In this document: positions 1-12,239 of the stretch, one piece after another
Numbering within the stretch: position 1 is the first letter of the stretch
Layout: each line of letters opens with the position of its first letter
Source of the DNA: Dicyema japonicum
Lineage: Eukaryota > Animalia > Dicyemida
Length of the DNA stretch: 64,000 nt
Direction of reading: 5' to 3'
NCBI GenBank assembly: GCA_011109175.1
Contig: RDEW01000003.1
Location: forward strand, 62,001 to 126,000
Position numbers and translations under genes: made by a program
Notes under the pieces: model-generated
The model's input: only the letters and a program-made list of their open reading frames with translations
The model's database searches: none
What the model was told of the DNA's origin: nothing

Positions 1-1128
1 GAATATTATTGAAATGGAAGTCGAGGACATTCAAAGAGAATTGGCCGGTTTATCCCAAAGTCACTGTCCTTTTATAACGCAATATTACGCCTCATATATT
101 CAAGTATAAGATCTCTCATAGTTAAAGGATACTACATTATGGATTTCTATGGAATATATGAGTGGGGGGTCTGTTGCTGATTTATTACTTGAGGTAACTC
201 TTAATGAGGCTCAAGTGGCCATTATTGCAAGCAACGTCTCCCAGGCTCTTATTTATCTACATTCAAAGAGTGGACGAATTCACAGAGACGTTAAATGTAT
301 AAAATTAACTTAAAATGAAGCTGCGAATATATTACTTTCTGAGACGGGGACGTCAAATTGGCTGACTTTGGCTCCTGTGGAGTAATTAGTGGAACTGATA
401 AACGGAGTACATTTGTTGGGACTCCTCTTTGGATGGCACCTGAAGTCATTCTTCAGCAGGATTATGATTATAAAGTAAATCAGCTTTTTATTCTCAGATT
501 GATATTTGGGGGTTGGGAATTACTTGTATTGAAATGGCTATGGGAAAGCCCCCACATTCTGACAAGCATCCAATGAAAGCTCTATTCCTTATCCCCCATT
601 CAGACTCACCTCAGCTTCCTCCAACTTTTTCGAAGCAATTTCGACAATTCGTGGATCTCTGTTTAAACAAGGACCCTCGTGATGTAAGAATAACTTAGCT
701 CATGCTAGCGACCACATGCAGAAGTATTAGTGAAGCATCCATTTCTACGAAAGTGTAAGAAGAAACATCATTTGGTTGAAATTATTAAACGATCACGTTC
801 TAACATTTCCCCAACCATTCCATCCGATTCCTCTCCTAGTGACGATGGGGATTGTGGTAGTCTCCTCTCTCCTATCACTCACTTCAGTTTTTAATAACAC
901 TGTCCTCTCATCTCCCCCCGCTCGTAACAATTTCCTTACTGATTTCATAAATAATGTAGTTTTATGGTAATCGTTTAGTTCATGAATAATTACAGTTCTG
1001 TACAGTTTAGCGTGTTTGACGGATTGATTAGCTCCCTTCAGTCAATATCGTCAACGAATCCATATTTTAATGACAATTTGGCAAATATTATTGTTACGAA
1101 TTTTGCATCCACCAAGACATCACTATAA
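1..1128 (+). CDS. STE20-family GCK-III Ser/Thr kinase (STK24/25/26-like), 5'-partial, spliced
   Basis: Spliced translation gives EDIQRE...[12 protein letters not shown]...IHRDVKSANILL...KLADFG...[12 protein letters not shown]...DIWGLGIT...[10 protein letters not shown], plus a C-terminal segment ([24 protein letters not shown]) resembling the GCK-III dimerisation domain. Introns 104-127, 297-320, 475-497, 684-708 and two more of ~29-31 nt. One missing G in a G-run at ~346-349. Confidence 0.9.
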
Positions 1129-1253
1129 CTTGTCTTTTTAATAATTGTATTTGCTATTTAAATTTGTTCAGTTTTATCAATTTTAGTAGATTTCCGTTTT
1201 AGATTTTTCTATTATTGGTGTTTATTCGGTCGCTATGTCCATGACCATATAAA

Positions 1254-1313
1254 AATGTCGCTTGGCTCACCAATGACGTGGTGGCATTGTACACTGGACG
1301 TGAAAAAGAGCCG
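1254..1313 (+). ncRNA. HDV-like double-pseudoknot motif copy (candidate ribozyme), remnant of a LINE 5' end
   Basis: P1 AATGTC/GGCATT, P2 TGGCTC/GAGCCG, P3 ACC/GGT, P4 CAC/GTG, A5 linker. Followed by the family motif CCC..CTCCTGGAG. Confidence 0.5.
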
Positions 1314-2544
1314 CAAACCCACTATCCCCTTCTCCTGGAGACGTGGATGATGTCGTGTATAATGTGGACCTCAAAGTTAGATTTTTCGCTTGGCAAAAAG
1401 AAGAGAGTTGTGGGTTACTAAATGACAGATGTAAAACTATGGAAACGATAAGATGTTAAAACTCAGTTGGTGATCGCAATTACCATGGTTTTAATAATAT
1501 GAGGTAAGAAATCTGATTTTGGCTGAAACTTGCGAATCAGTTAAAACTGCAAAAATCGCTTAGGGGTTTCTTGATAAAAAATTATTTTTTAAAATTTAAC
1601 TGATAAAGCATGAGAGAGAACAACGTAATTCCTTTTTGAAATAGTTTCTTAAGGGTTGATATACGGGGGAGAGCAGTCAAGCATTGGATTGTGACCATAC
1701 GAACAAATTGAACAACGAGCGATATGATCGTGGATAGGATCAAAACTCTAATGAAGGATTTATTAGTCTAAAAAAGACAAAATTCAGATGATATATCAGA
1801 AAATCAATTCTTATATAATCGACCACTTTTCTGAAAATTCAGGTTCTTCTATAATCCACCAATTTTCCTGAACTTTTTCGAAGCTTCCAAATGGCTGATT
1901 CAAGAGGTTTTTATCATTTATTGTGGCCATGATTTATCAATTACCCAAAAATTTACCTTTACTGATAAAATAGATTACGATTTTGTATCTTACATAGTAA
2001 TCGATATTATTACATTTGCACTCACTGTTAAAAAGAAGAAACTTATTTTGTAAAAAAGTTTTTGGAGGGAACATCTCAAGTTTTTTTAACCGAAGGAAAC
2101 CAATGACTAACAAAAATGTAACAATTAAAAGTGGAAGCTCAAAGTGGATCAGTCAATTGGGTTTGGTGAGGCTGGAAATAGAAAAGACAGAATAAGAGAC
2201 AGGATATGGCACAAGAAGTGATGTTGAGGTGATCAGAGAAGCAAAAAAAGTACAACAATGAGTCAGATTTTTATGTAAGAATGGAAAACATAGGATGGCT
2301 TCAAATTGACTCGAACTTCACCGGGTAGGGAAGTTTCACTTTTATCGATGTTTGGCCGCAGACCCCTGATAAGATTGTTGCAACCTCGGGTTTTGATTCC
2401 GTTAGTAGAGATCCATTCGTGAATCATTTTGATTCGTAAATTAGTGGCTCCTATTTTTGGTAAATATCTGAAAATCTGAGTTTTTATTCAAAATTGGGTA
2501 TGATTCTCTTGATATTCTAAGTTGAGTATGAAGAAATTTAATTT

Positions 2545-4790
2545 TATTACCCCCTGAATCACAAGAAAGAGAACAAGAGTTATCGTATAAGTTAAGTGAT
2601 CCCGGCGTCCATACCACTCTTTTTCCTGCGGTTAGTTTTGGAGTACAGGATTAATCTCTACAACGGGGAAGGTTTCTTCTCGGGCAGGCGTCCATATATA
2701 GTTTGACTTCCTGTCCGGGGGATGTTCAGGAGACTTTTCTATCTTGAGGAAGTCTCAGTGGCGTTCCGTAAGGTATTCCATGATTGGATGGACGTTTATT
2801 GTTCTCCATTGTTACAATGTGGGACATTGGTTTTTTAACATTTCCAGTTTTCTCTGCCAATGGTGATAACGGGAGGAATCCATGCAGCAAATTCTTACTC
2901 GATACTCGGTGGAACAAATTGATTATATAGAAGCTTCAATGATGGAAGGGAAGATACTAGGGAGTATGTTCTGGCTGAATGTAACGTCTGATAACATCGA
3001 ATATGAAGGTCGTGGGTTCAAATCCGAAAGATGGAGTTTTCAGCGAAAGACAATTCTTGTCAAACAGATCCCACCGTGAGGCGACGAGTCCTTCTGGTAT
3101 GTTAAAAGGGATCTTCCTACCTTTCTCCTTGACCAAATCCTCTGAAGATTGCATTATGAAAACTATGCCGCTAAAGAATGATGTGATGTCCGCGACAGTA
3201 GGACGTGGGACAAAAATGGAAGAGGGCGGACCTACTTATCCACCTCTCTTCGGAAGCGGAAGCCTGTAATGAAGTATTGGAAGATGGATTTGGTCGGCAC
3301 AAGCATATGTTCTCCCTTTGGTTACTTCCTTGGATTAGTTAGTTATGACTGTTTGTGCTGGGCTTACAATGGTAAGCCTGGGATTAATAGTAATAATATA
3401 AAAGCCTTGAGAATACCAAATATCTTTACCAGGTCCACTTGGTGAGTGAATGAAAGGAGTAAACCAGGATGACTCCCAGGATTGAAAGCATCTTCTTCTA
3501 GGGATTTGGGGAGTCATGTAATTTTACTTCTGACGTCGTCCGGATCTTTTCGTGATGAGGTAAACGTCGTTACGTGTGACTTTCCTGGTAATACTAATAG
3601 GCAGTTCTTAAAGAACCGAGAACCACCAGGTTTAATATCTATTAAACGGACCAAAGATTTCAAGTCCGTCGGATGGCATCTTTTCATAAGGTTTCTTCGT
3701 TTTATGAGTGTCGGTGCCCGGCAATTGAAAGTAGGAATAAAATTCATGTATTATGATAGAGGAAATATGTTGTCACCCTTTTGAATAACTATACTGATGA
3801 TTTTTGCGGCTTCATCTATCGAACGTATATGGGATGAGATCCTTTGACCAATTCCATGTCATCGAAGTCAGAGAAGTTAGACCTTTAGTTCTTGAAATTT
3901 TTCGCTTCAGTCTGCAATGTTCAACGTCTCCTAAATCCTCTAAACATAAGAAGGATGGGATTATAGTGGCTGGAAAAACCATAATTCACATCCCATGTAG
4001 CAAATCCTGCTAAAGAGAATGAACATAATGTTAAATCGGAGGAAGTGCAGCTATCAGTTCTCTTGTGTGTAATTTAGGGTCATTCAGGATAATCATATCA
4101 ATAAGACCATTTGCGATGAACTCGCCTCGGCTATCAGAGGACTGTGAAGCAAGCCAAACGGGGTGTCGGGTATTTAGGTCCCCGCATATTAGAACGTTCT
4201 TTAGTGATGAGAGGCGGGGTATTCTTGGGGTGTAGGATCCTTTTAGCGGAATGTATAGGTTAATCGAATTAATCCAAAAAGACTGGAACAGCTCCATTTT
4301 GATGGTGATCTGCCCCATGATATCAGCTGAATCCAAAAGTTCTGAGGTCCGTTGACTCACGTCAATGAAGTGAATACCGTTCTTTATAATTGCGAGTAGT
4401 CCTCCACCTGGTCTTCCCTGACGGTCCTTACGGATCACTGTGTATCCGGGAAGGAATTGTTGGCCTGGATGATAAGAGCTTGGATTCCTGGATGAGAGAA
4501 AAATCAGCTCGATTTGCGGAGGAGAGATCTCGAAGTTCCAGAATCTTCCTTCTAATTCCATTTGTATTTAGTCGTAGAATTATTGAGTCTCCAAGAGGAC
4601 CAGAGTTTGTTTCATGTTGCCACATAAGATGATCAATATTAACAATGATGACAAAATGGAGTCGGAGGCACGTAGGTTACGAGAACCTCCAAATGGTAGG
4701 GAAAAGTTGATGGCTATTTTCGTTCCTTTCCTGAACGGGTGACACCTTTTCGGGTGAGCCACAAGACACCACGTTAAGCACATGGTTATT
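2545..4790 (-). mobile_element. Degenerate, internally deleted Ingi/Vingi-like non-LTR retrotransposon (5' structured RNA, degenerate 2A, APE, partial RT, 3' end)
   Basis: APE motifs LNTNGIRRK, LIQESKL, RKDRQGRPGGGLL, ICGDLN. LCGN-ETNSGP (2A-like, one indel) at ~4596-4650. Pseudoknot motif at 4710-4770. 3' end GCCGGGATCACTTAA...TTTCTTGTGATTCAGGGGGTAATAA shared with 31040-31230. Confidence 0.8.
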
Positions 4791-4873
4791 ATTTCAAAAT
4801 TTTTGATTTAAAAATTAAACTAAATATCAACATTTTCGAAAATTACAACATATTTAAAAATTCAATAAAACAC

Positions 4874-6230
4874 ATGTTTTTAGTTACTAATTTTCAGGTC
4901 ATTGGCTGGTAGTACTGCTATTGTTGTTGGTGGAGTCAGAGGTGTTGGGCGGAAGATAGTAGAGACATTAGTAGCTAACGGAGCCCGTGTTGGTGTAGCC
5001 GGTAAGAATGTACTTAAGAGATATCCATTACAAAGTACTATTCACAGCACATCCAATGAAAGTACAATATTTCTGGAATTTAGTTAATGAAATTTATGGA
5101 TTTAATATGACTAAACCAATATATTATGATGGAGGGAATATTAGGACAGTTTATATTTTTATAATCAAAGATTAAAACGGCCATCTCCTCTGTGGTTGAT
5201 GAATTCAATGGACTGGACATTCTGATTTATGCTTCCTCTTGTAGTGTCCCACTATTTTAGAGAATAATTCGTCAAAAACAGTAAATTTAATACACAACAT
5301 TGAAGGAAGCATAAATTGGTTTTGTTGTCCCTTATTTTAGCATTAACGAGTCTGTTAAATATCTATCTAAATCTAGGAATCCCCACGTGATATTAATATG
5401 TCCACCAATCGATCTTAACCCCCATTGGTTGTCAAGACATACAAGTTTGTAGTTTAACCATTTTAGTGTATTCTGTGAGTAAATATGCAATGTCAATGTT
5501 CATCCTTGGGTTGGCTGAGGAATTCAAACATAAGAGGATCCCCTTTAATGGATTGTGGCCAAAAGCTAGTATTATTTAATTTTGAATAAGCCATCTATGA
5601 GAGCTTAGAATCGATTAATCAGAATAAACGATTTTGCCGTAAACCAGATATTCTAGCTGATGCTGTGGTGTCTATTCTTCGACAACCTCCTTCCTTTACT
5701 GGGAATTTGTGTATTGACGAAGAAATCCTTGCTAAATTTGACGGTATTTCAGACTTTTCCAAATACTCGTATATGGACGGTTAGTATAGCCTTCTTAGGC
5801 TTAGAGACTGATCTCCTCCCAAATGTGTTTACAAGTACTCCCAATGATTTCTACTCCGCACATATCAACCATCAGCTTTCACGTGAATCCATCGAGTCCA
5901 TTGTTGATAGAATTAATAAACTTATTGAACGACGACTTGTGGTGATTGATGTTTCATTTAATATGGTTCTTGATGGTCATAATATTTTTTAAATTTAAGG
6001 AACCACGTGGACCGTCGATGTTGAAGATGAGAATATTCGGTTCGAAAGAAAAAGTCTTGAACGACTTTGGAATTTTGTATCTTAGTTCTGAACAATTCAT
6101 CCAGGTACTTAAAGGGAAGAACATCGGAAAGGATCTGTGTTATGTTGGAACTAGTAAAATTCTTGATAAAATCCTTATTATATTGTTTAATGTCTCCAAT
6201 TCAATGTGTGACTATTACCAGCTGAGTTGA
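4874..6230 (+). CDS. HSDL2: Hydroxysteroid dehydrogenase-like protein 2 (SDR plus degenerate SCP2-like tail), spliced
   Basis: LAGSTAIVVGGVRGVG Rossmann motif, PPIDLNPHW, YSVSKYAMSMFILGLAEEF, NGLWPK, CRKPDILADA, FTGNLCIDEEIL match HSDL2. Multiple ~21-24 nt introns. 3' end approximate. Confidence 0.85.
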
Positions 6231-6479
6231 TTCTATTTGCACTCTGTCACATAAATTTGAATAAAAGTAACGTTTTTTTAATAATCTTAATTTTATTATC
6301 TTATTTTCTTAGAGGATAAATTTTTTTATTAAAAAGTTATTTTGTCGTAATTTAAGAATAAAGGAAAAAATTAGTTCCACGCACGATTAATTCTTGAAGA
6401 ACAAAAATGGTCCGCTTAACTATTTTTTTTGCCCAACTATTCTCTCATTACTTGACCACGCGGTAATCCTGGACAATGA

Positions 6480-6775
6480 GTGAAAGAGAAAAGCAGTGGG
6501 TACTATGGAGGACCACAGAAAAACCTCTCGATCCTGTTGAGATTTACCTGGATCACTTAATTAGATGGTTTAGCATTTTTCTTGGTGTTTCCTTTTTCTG
6601 GGTATAATAATGTTATTTAGTTGTTTACATTTTCTCGAAGATCGTTTTATCTAAAAATACTATAGGACACTTCCGGAAGGTGGGCGATCGCAGATGGAGC
6701 ACCCAATAGGAGTTCAGAAGTTATTGGAAGCTGAGATCACTTAATTAGTTTTTTGTTGTACTTTTTGCCAATAAT
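6480..6775 (+). mobile_element. Two 5'-truncated 3' ends of the Ingi/Vingi-like LINE family
   Basis: Both end in GATCACTTAATTAG (ORF terminus ...GIT*/EIT*, e.g. EHPIGVQKLLEAEIT*) followed by a T-rich tail and AATAA. Confidence 0.55.
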
Positions 6776-6839
6776 AAATTAAAAATCATAGTTCATGGAT
6801 CCCAAAAAGTTATTTGAAAACCTCGAACTAATTGGAAAA

Positions 6840-7050
6840 GGGTCAGGACAGTTTATTTAATACTTTCTTTATTGGTGTTCTTGGGGTCTCTTAAATAATT
6901 TTCTTTCTCCTCCTGACCTATCCATATTTTATCAATTAGCGCCAGTCGAGATTCGAACTCTGTGCATCTGGTTTCTTATTTCAGAATGCCCTTTGAGTCC
7001 ATGAAAAGGTGGACGCCAGCTTAATCTCCTGATCAATTAACCACCAACTA
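6840..7050 (-). repeat. Possible degenerate tRNA-headed SINE
   Basis: Minus strand has a B-box-like GAGTTCGAATCTC followed by GACTGGCGCTA and an upstream A-box-like TAGTTGGTGGTTAATTG. Single copy only. Confidence 0.3.
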
Positions 7051-7098
7051 ATCTGTACTTAACAAGACGGTTTTATTATGCAAGGTAAAATTGAGTTT

Positions 7099-8592
7099 TT
7101 AATGGTTATCTTGATGTCTTTTACAACCTGTAAGTTTTAATGGTGAAAATACCAAGATAAGAGTTTGTTGAGTAAATAGGACAGTTTGATTTGGAAAAAT
7201 TATCAACAAGAATAGGGCCGTCGTTCCAAATAAGATCAAAGTCACCGCTTCTTCTAGTATTCGGTTTTAACCTTGAAATTATGAATAAGTAAACTTTCCT
7301 TCCAAATCTATGACAGAAATTAAATCATTGAGCATGTCAAACTTCAAGTCGTAGTCTTCCTTATTGGTCGCAGTGAGGGAGGGATATCCATTAACTTCGA
7401 TTAGCCAACTAAACTGGAAATATTTTAATACGGTTTTAAGTTCTCGTCAAACAAAATATCGTATCCGTACAGTTCAAAGCAGTGGGAATCGTTTAAAATC
7501 GATCTCTGAACACTGATTAGTGATAGAATCACAATTTCGTCAATTTTCCAGAAACATTTGTTAACCAAAGTTTAAATTTCAAAATTTAACTTTCTCTGCA
7601 CCATGGACTGCTGTGAGGTACTGTCTAACTTTACTGATTGCCCATTTACACCCCTTTTCTGGATGATAAGAGGGACACAACTTTTGGATGGCCACATTTG
7701 TTAAGTGGGAGTCTACAATTGAGGTTTTGGTGCAAATACACAAGTCGTCAATGGATTCATTATTGTAGCGGACCATCGAAAATCTGGAGAAGCCTTCTCT
7801 ATATAGCCAGACTTGGAGGGGTTCTAGCTACCGAATTTAAACAGTGAATACACTAGAGACCAAAACATAGAAGCGAATGTCGAATTTTTTATTTCCAATC
7901 AAGTAAGGATTATCAATGTATTGCTGGACAATGTAAGGCTCAGGTTGTTGCCGTCCAAGTTCCAGCATCCGGGCACTTTCGTTCTATGATTTACTTGTAT
8001 TTTTTACTTTTTTCCACTCAATGATATCACGTAAACGCTTGAAGAGAAATATGCCCCGTCCTTGTGCTGCATTCGCGGGTTTGGCGATCCAAATGTTGTT
8101 ATGACATTTCTTAAAATTTTCTGTGAACATTAAAAAGTCAGACTTGATTATATTTAAAAAATAAACCGGTATTTCAAATGTGGTTGGGAGAAAGTCGAAT
8201 CTAAATACAGAATAAAGCTACTTGTTTGCGTATTCCTGATTTCCCTCTTTGAGTAACTTTTTCTTGTATCGAGTGAGGTTTCTAGATAAGAGATTTTTCG
8301 CACATAACTGAAAGATTAGTTTGATTGCCAACTTCTCCGTTATTTTTGAAGTGGCATATTTTTCCAGAAAATGCATTTGGCACACTCTGATGCATCCACT
8401 CTCGATCACACCAAAAGAAATCCCAATCATCTCTGAAATTAGTTTCTAGTCAACCCGTTCGTTGGTTCCCAGTTTTTCCGTGACATCAAAACCTGGTATA
8501 TTATTGCTTGATTGTTGCATTTCCATTTTACTTTTCTATTTCTAATAATATTAATGTCCCTTACTACTGAATATATTTTTTTGTCGCCTCAT
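7099..8592 (-). CDS. TTLL9: Tubulin polyglutamylase TTLL9, spliced
   Basis: [126 protein letters not shown]. About ten 21-27 nt introns. Start approximate. Confidence 0.9.
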
Positions 8593-8649
8593 TAAAATTG
8601 ATTCTAATTGTCGCTTGGAGACATTAATCTTTCAAATTTAATATAAAAA

Positions 8650-9140
8650 TTGCCAAACCCACTAATGACCTTTAGCAAACATGTGAGCAACATAATCTCC
8701 TCTTCCCAGCAGAAAACTAAACTTTGTAAAAACGTTACTTGGATATTATAAGAGACGTTTCCACCCAACAGTAAATCATTTCTACTCCCAATATATAGTA
8801 CCGTCAATCGGCTACTGCTGCGCGGCATGGGGTAATAACATATCCCATACCAACCTAAAGAAAATAAACTCCGTTTAAGAGACAGTAACGAAGACGCTTC
8901 AAAGATCCTCTTCGACATTAAAATCAATCCCGTTCGAGGAACTCGTGAGGAGTGCGGGAGCTCTGCCAAAACCTCTAAACTTCCGAAAAATCATTCGTCC
9001 ATACAGGAAGTGTGTCATCACTCGTGAGGAACACCGAGAAAAAATGAAGCGGCTCCTCAAGGAGGCCGGGATCACTTGACGGCCCCCACTCTCTTTTGTT
9101 TTGTTGGTGATTCTTGGTTCTAAATAAATAATTAATAATT
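8650..9140 (+). mobile_element. 3' fragment of the Ingi/Vingi-like LINE (post-RT region to terminus)
   Basis: TFSKHVSNII (RT C-terminal motif) and a terminus EHREKMKRLLKEAGIT* with TAAA-rich tail. Confidence 0.6.
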
Positions 9141-9189
9141 CAACAGGACTGAGACATCGCTGACCAATCCACTGGTGAAGATTACCATT

Positions 9190-9410
9190 TCGAAATCACT
9201 TCGCCGAAGAATGAAGTGATGTCCGTAATGGTAGCACGTGTGATGAGAATGAAAGAGAGCGGACCTACTTCTTATCTCTCTTCAGAACCAGAAGCCTGTA
9301 ATGGACAATTAGAGGATGGATTTGGTCGGCACATGCAGATCTTCTCCCTTGAGTTCCTTCCTTGGATTAAATAGTTGTCACTGTTTTTGTTGGGTTTACC
9401 AAAGATTATT
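9190..9410 (-). repeat. LINE internal fragment homologous to 3170-3370 (also a short piece at 16065-16105)
   Basis: Colinear near-identity, e.g. GGACCTACTT, GAAGCCTGTAATG, GATGGATTTGGTCGGCAC, CTTCCTTGGATTA. Confidence 0.7.
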
Positions 9411-10446
9411 CTGGTCCACCTTCGATTTCTGCATCACACCGGAAGCTTATGATCTTTCACTTTAAGGTTCGAGGGGAAATAAATAATAATTATCTTAATT
9501 GTCATATACTCAGAAATTTGTCTCATCCTAAAGAGCTACGTATTTACTCAATTACCTAAGCAGTCTAGTTAATCATCGAGTTATCCCCCTACTTAATATC
9601 CAAAGAAAGCATAGAGTAGAAAGGAATCATTGTATCAGGTAGGTAGCTCTGTGGAAGTCGAACCCATGGCTAATACCGACATAAGCGTCAGCATTATATA
9701 TTATATTTCAACCCATCTGTCGAGTAGTAATGTTTCCAGGAGTTATGCTAATTAATCCAAACTTTCTGTTTACTTGGATTATTGTTAATTTTAAAAACAT
9801 TTTTGATAAATCTCTGAGTATTCATCGTTTCCGATAAATGAATGAAATGTCTCAGTTTGATTTTGTGTTTTCCTGTTATTTGAAATTTGCTATTGAATTT
9901 TCTCGCTCTTCCCATAACCATATAAGGTTTCACTGTTTTCGATTTTCACTTAATTGGCCGCTTCAGTCTCGGACCAAGGTCATGCTTATCAAAAGAGAAG
10001 GAAGTACCGAAGCACTTCGGAGGATCGCTTGTATGCTGTAAAGACGTTAAGAATCCTTGGCCCACAAGGGATCGGTTTAATGATCCAAAGGGTCACCAAG
10101 GATCCATGTGAGACTGAATGACTTCGAGAGCGTATCTCGATAGCTGTCTCAGAGGAAACAGTTGGCGATTCAAGCGCCCTAAATAAAGTGCTCTTTTAAC
10201 TGTTAACTTTAATAAACCATTTATGCACAAATCCAGAGAGAAAAAGCGTATTTCTCTGCCGTAGATAAAAACCTCAATTCAATTGTGGTTAAAAAAGTTC
10301 TCCATAATGCGAATGCACCTCATCCAACGTGGAATTTCCCAAAAAGAAGCCTGCAAGATTTTCTAATTTTGTCGTTTATCTGCGAAAATTTTCATAACTT
10401 GTAAATAATCTCGTTTTATTACATTTTTGACCAGTAAATGTCTACA

Positions 10447-10764
10447 GCCGGGTGGCATAGTGGTTAGGTGTCGGGCTTAAGTGGCTTAGGCTACGTATTC
10501 GAATCTCGCTGCTGTTCACCTGGTGGAAGGTTCCACGCATCTACGATGCAGAAAGGGTTTGACGAGTGACTCCGTCATCAGTGGATACTCACTTGCGGAA
10601 CCGGATTGTCTAGAAAGGACACTCACACAAGAAAAAAAAAGAAGTGAAGATCATTCCTTGGTTCTACGATTAGTTAAAATTAACTGTTCTTTACTTAAAT
10701 AAAGTGTGTGTCCTGCCTATGCGGAGCTATAAATACTATGGCTATCGTGAAAAGGCTTTAAAAA
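10447..10764 (+). mobile_element. tRNA-derived SINE (family B) with 11-bp TSD
   Basis: A-box GTGGCATAGTGG, B-box-like ATTCGAATC, A-tail, and a flanking direct repeat AAATGTCTACA (10436-10446 / 10765-10775). Second copy at 48446-48668(-). Confidence 0.85.
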
Positions 10765-10974
10765 AAATGTCTACAATTTTCCTCATCTGATTTCTGTGAT
10801 ATCCGCCATTTTTCAGATTTACGGTGTTTCACAATCATTTTGGACAATTTCCAGTCCAGGGATTATTTGGTGCGCTTAAAATGTGATTATTTCATATATT
10901 AAGACGAGAATCTTTTGAAAGCTAAGGAAAATCAATTTTCACGTGTTATTTATCATCATTAAGCCATGAAATTA

Positions 10975-11080
10975 GTTAAATAAAATGAGCCGTCAGGCGA
11001 TTCCAGCTTCTCTCAGAAGCGTCCTCATCTTTTCCCGGATTTTCTCTGTAAGTCCAACACACTTTCGATAGGTGTGTTGT
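10975..11080 (-). mobile_element. 3' terminus fragment of the Ingi/Vingi-like LINE
   Basis: Encodes ...RTLLREAGIA*, matching the AGIT* terminus of other copies. Confidence 0.5.
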
Positions 11081-12239
11081 TATGGTGATTCCCACGCATT
11101 TAAAAAAATATTTCGATATTTACTTAATTTAGAGGTGGTATTTTTCGCCCAAGAGAGAAACAATAATCAACCTCATTGATAAGACTGAGGTGGCGATCAA
11201 AAAAGTGAAGAAGCACTATAAAAAGAATAGGAAATCCTGACCAACTCAGGAATGAGCCTAGTAGTGGAACGAATAAAGGGTTTTCGAGTGCATGACACGT
11301 ACGTTCAGACGAGACTTTGAATCTAGAGAGGCTAAAACTGCGAAAGCGTCCAGATGAAGTATCTACTATTTTTCAGTAGGAAAAGAGAGATTTTTCAAGT
11401 CTTTGAAGGCAACTAAACAGTGAATCCGACTGCTTTCAATTCCCATGCAATTACTCCGTTATAGATCTGTCCCTTTGATTCTTCCATCGTTCCTCCGACG
11501 GGAGAGAGCACAAAGACTTTTAACGTCGACCGTTATTCTAGATCTACAACGGTAAGCTTCGCAAAGACGGACCCAGACCACTATTCTGGTAGAGTCGTCA
11601 TGGGTGGTGCAAGGGAGAACTCTGAGCCAAGCACTGCTTTCGTTCGTCGATGGAGAAATAGGGCATACAAAAAGATGCTGGTCAAGTACCAGTTTTATCT
11701 CATTAATAGTTTTGGAACATAACAGTTCATCCCAGTCTCGTTGTTTATCTGCGCTCTTTGGGGTTCAATGATTTAGAGACGTCCAATTTCCTGAGTGACA
11801 CATGTTACTGGTTCAGTTTGATGTGGAACAGACTGGTAGAAGCGTTGGCCGAAGATAGTCAGAGGGCGAGTTCCAATGGTGCAGCGGATCTCAATCCATC
11901 CGAAGAGAAGAGGTAACTTGCATTGGATCCAACCAGTTTCATCAAATGAACTAGTAAGTATCTCTTAGTAGCCCTTAGCTTCTCGTCGATGGTTCATACG
12001 AGGTCAATGTCTGTGAAACGGGGGTTGTCTGTAGAAAAAAAGTATACGTGGAATGTAAATTCCTGAGGAAAAATAGTGATATAGCGTTGAGCCAAGGAAA
12101 ATCGTGTATTCGGTTTCTGTGACTGAGATATTTGGGAGGTAAGCTGAAATCATCGCCAGTGTTGGGTTCAAGTCGTCCTCTGTACAAGCAACGTTAATGA
12201 CTTCGCATTTGGCTCTAGCCCAAGTGTTTTAAGAGCGGA

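Noticed and set aside
340-360. Pseudogenisation or programmed frameshifting in the kinase, HSP60 (~17674), CDC40 (~25058), CACNB (~19925) and the integrase
   Set aside because: Breaks are single-base indels, mostly in homopolymers of otherwise conserved essential genes; best explained as long-read assembly errors.
4765-4780. Sequence likeness of CTTAACGTGGTGTC (and GTGCCAGGGT at ~18940) to the trypanosome ingi/L1Tc 5' signature
   Set aside because: Recalled from memory, short, present in single copies and in a different structural register; not used as evidence.
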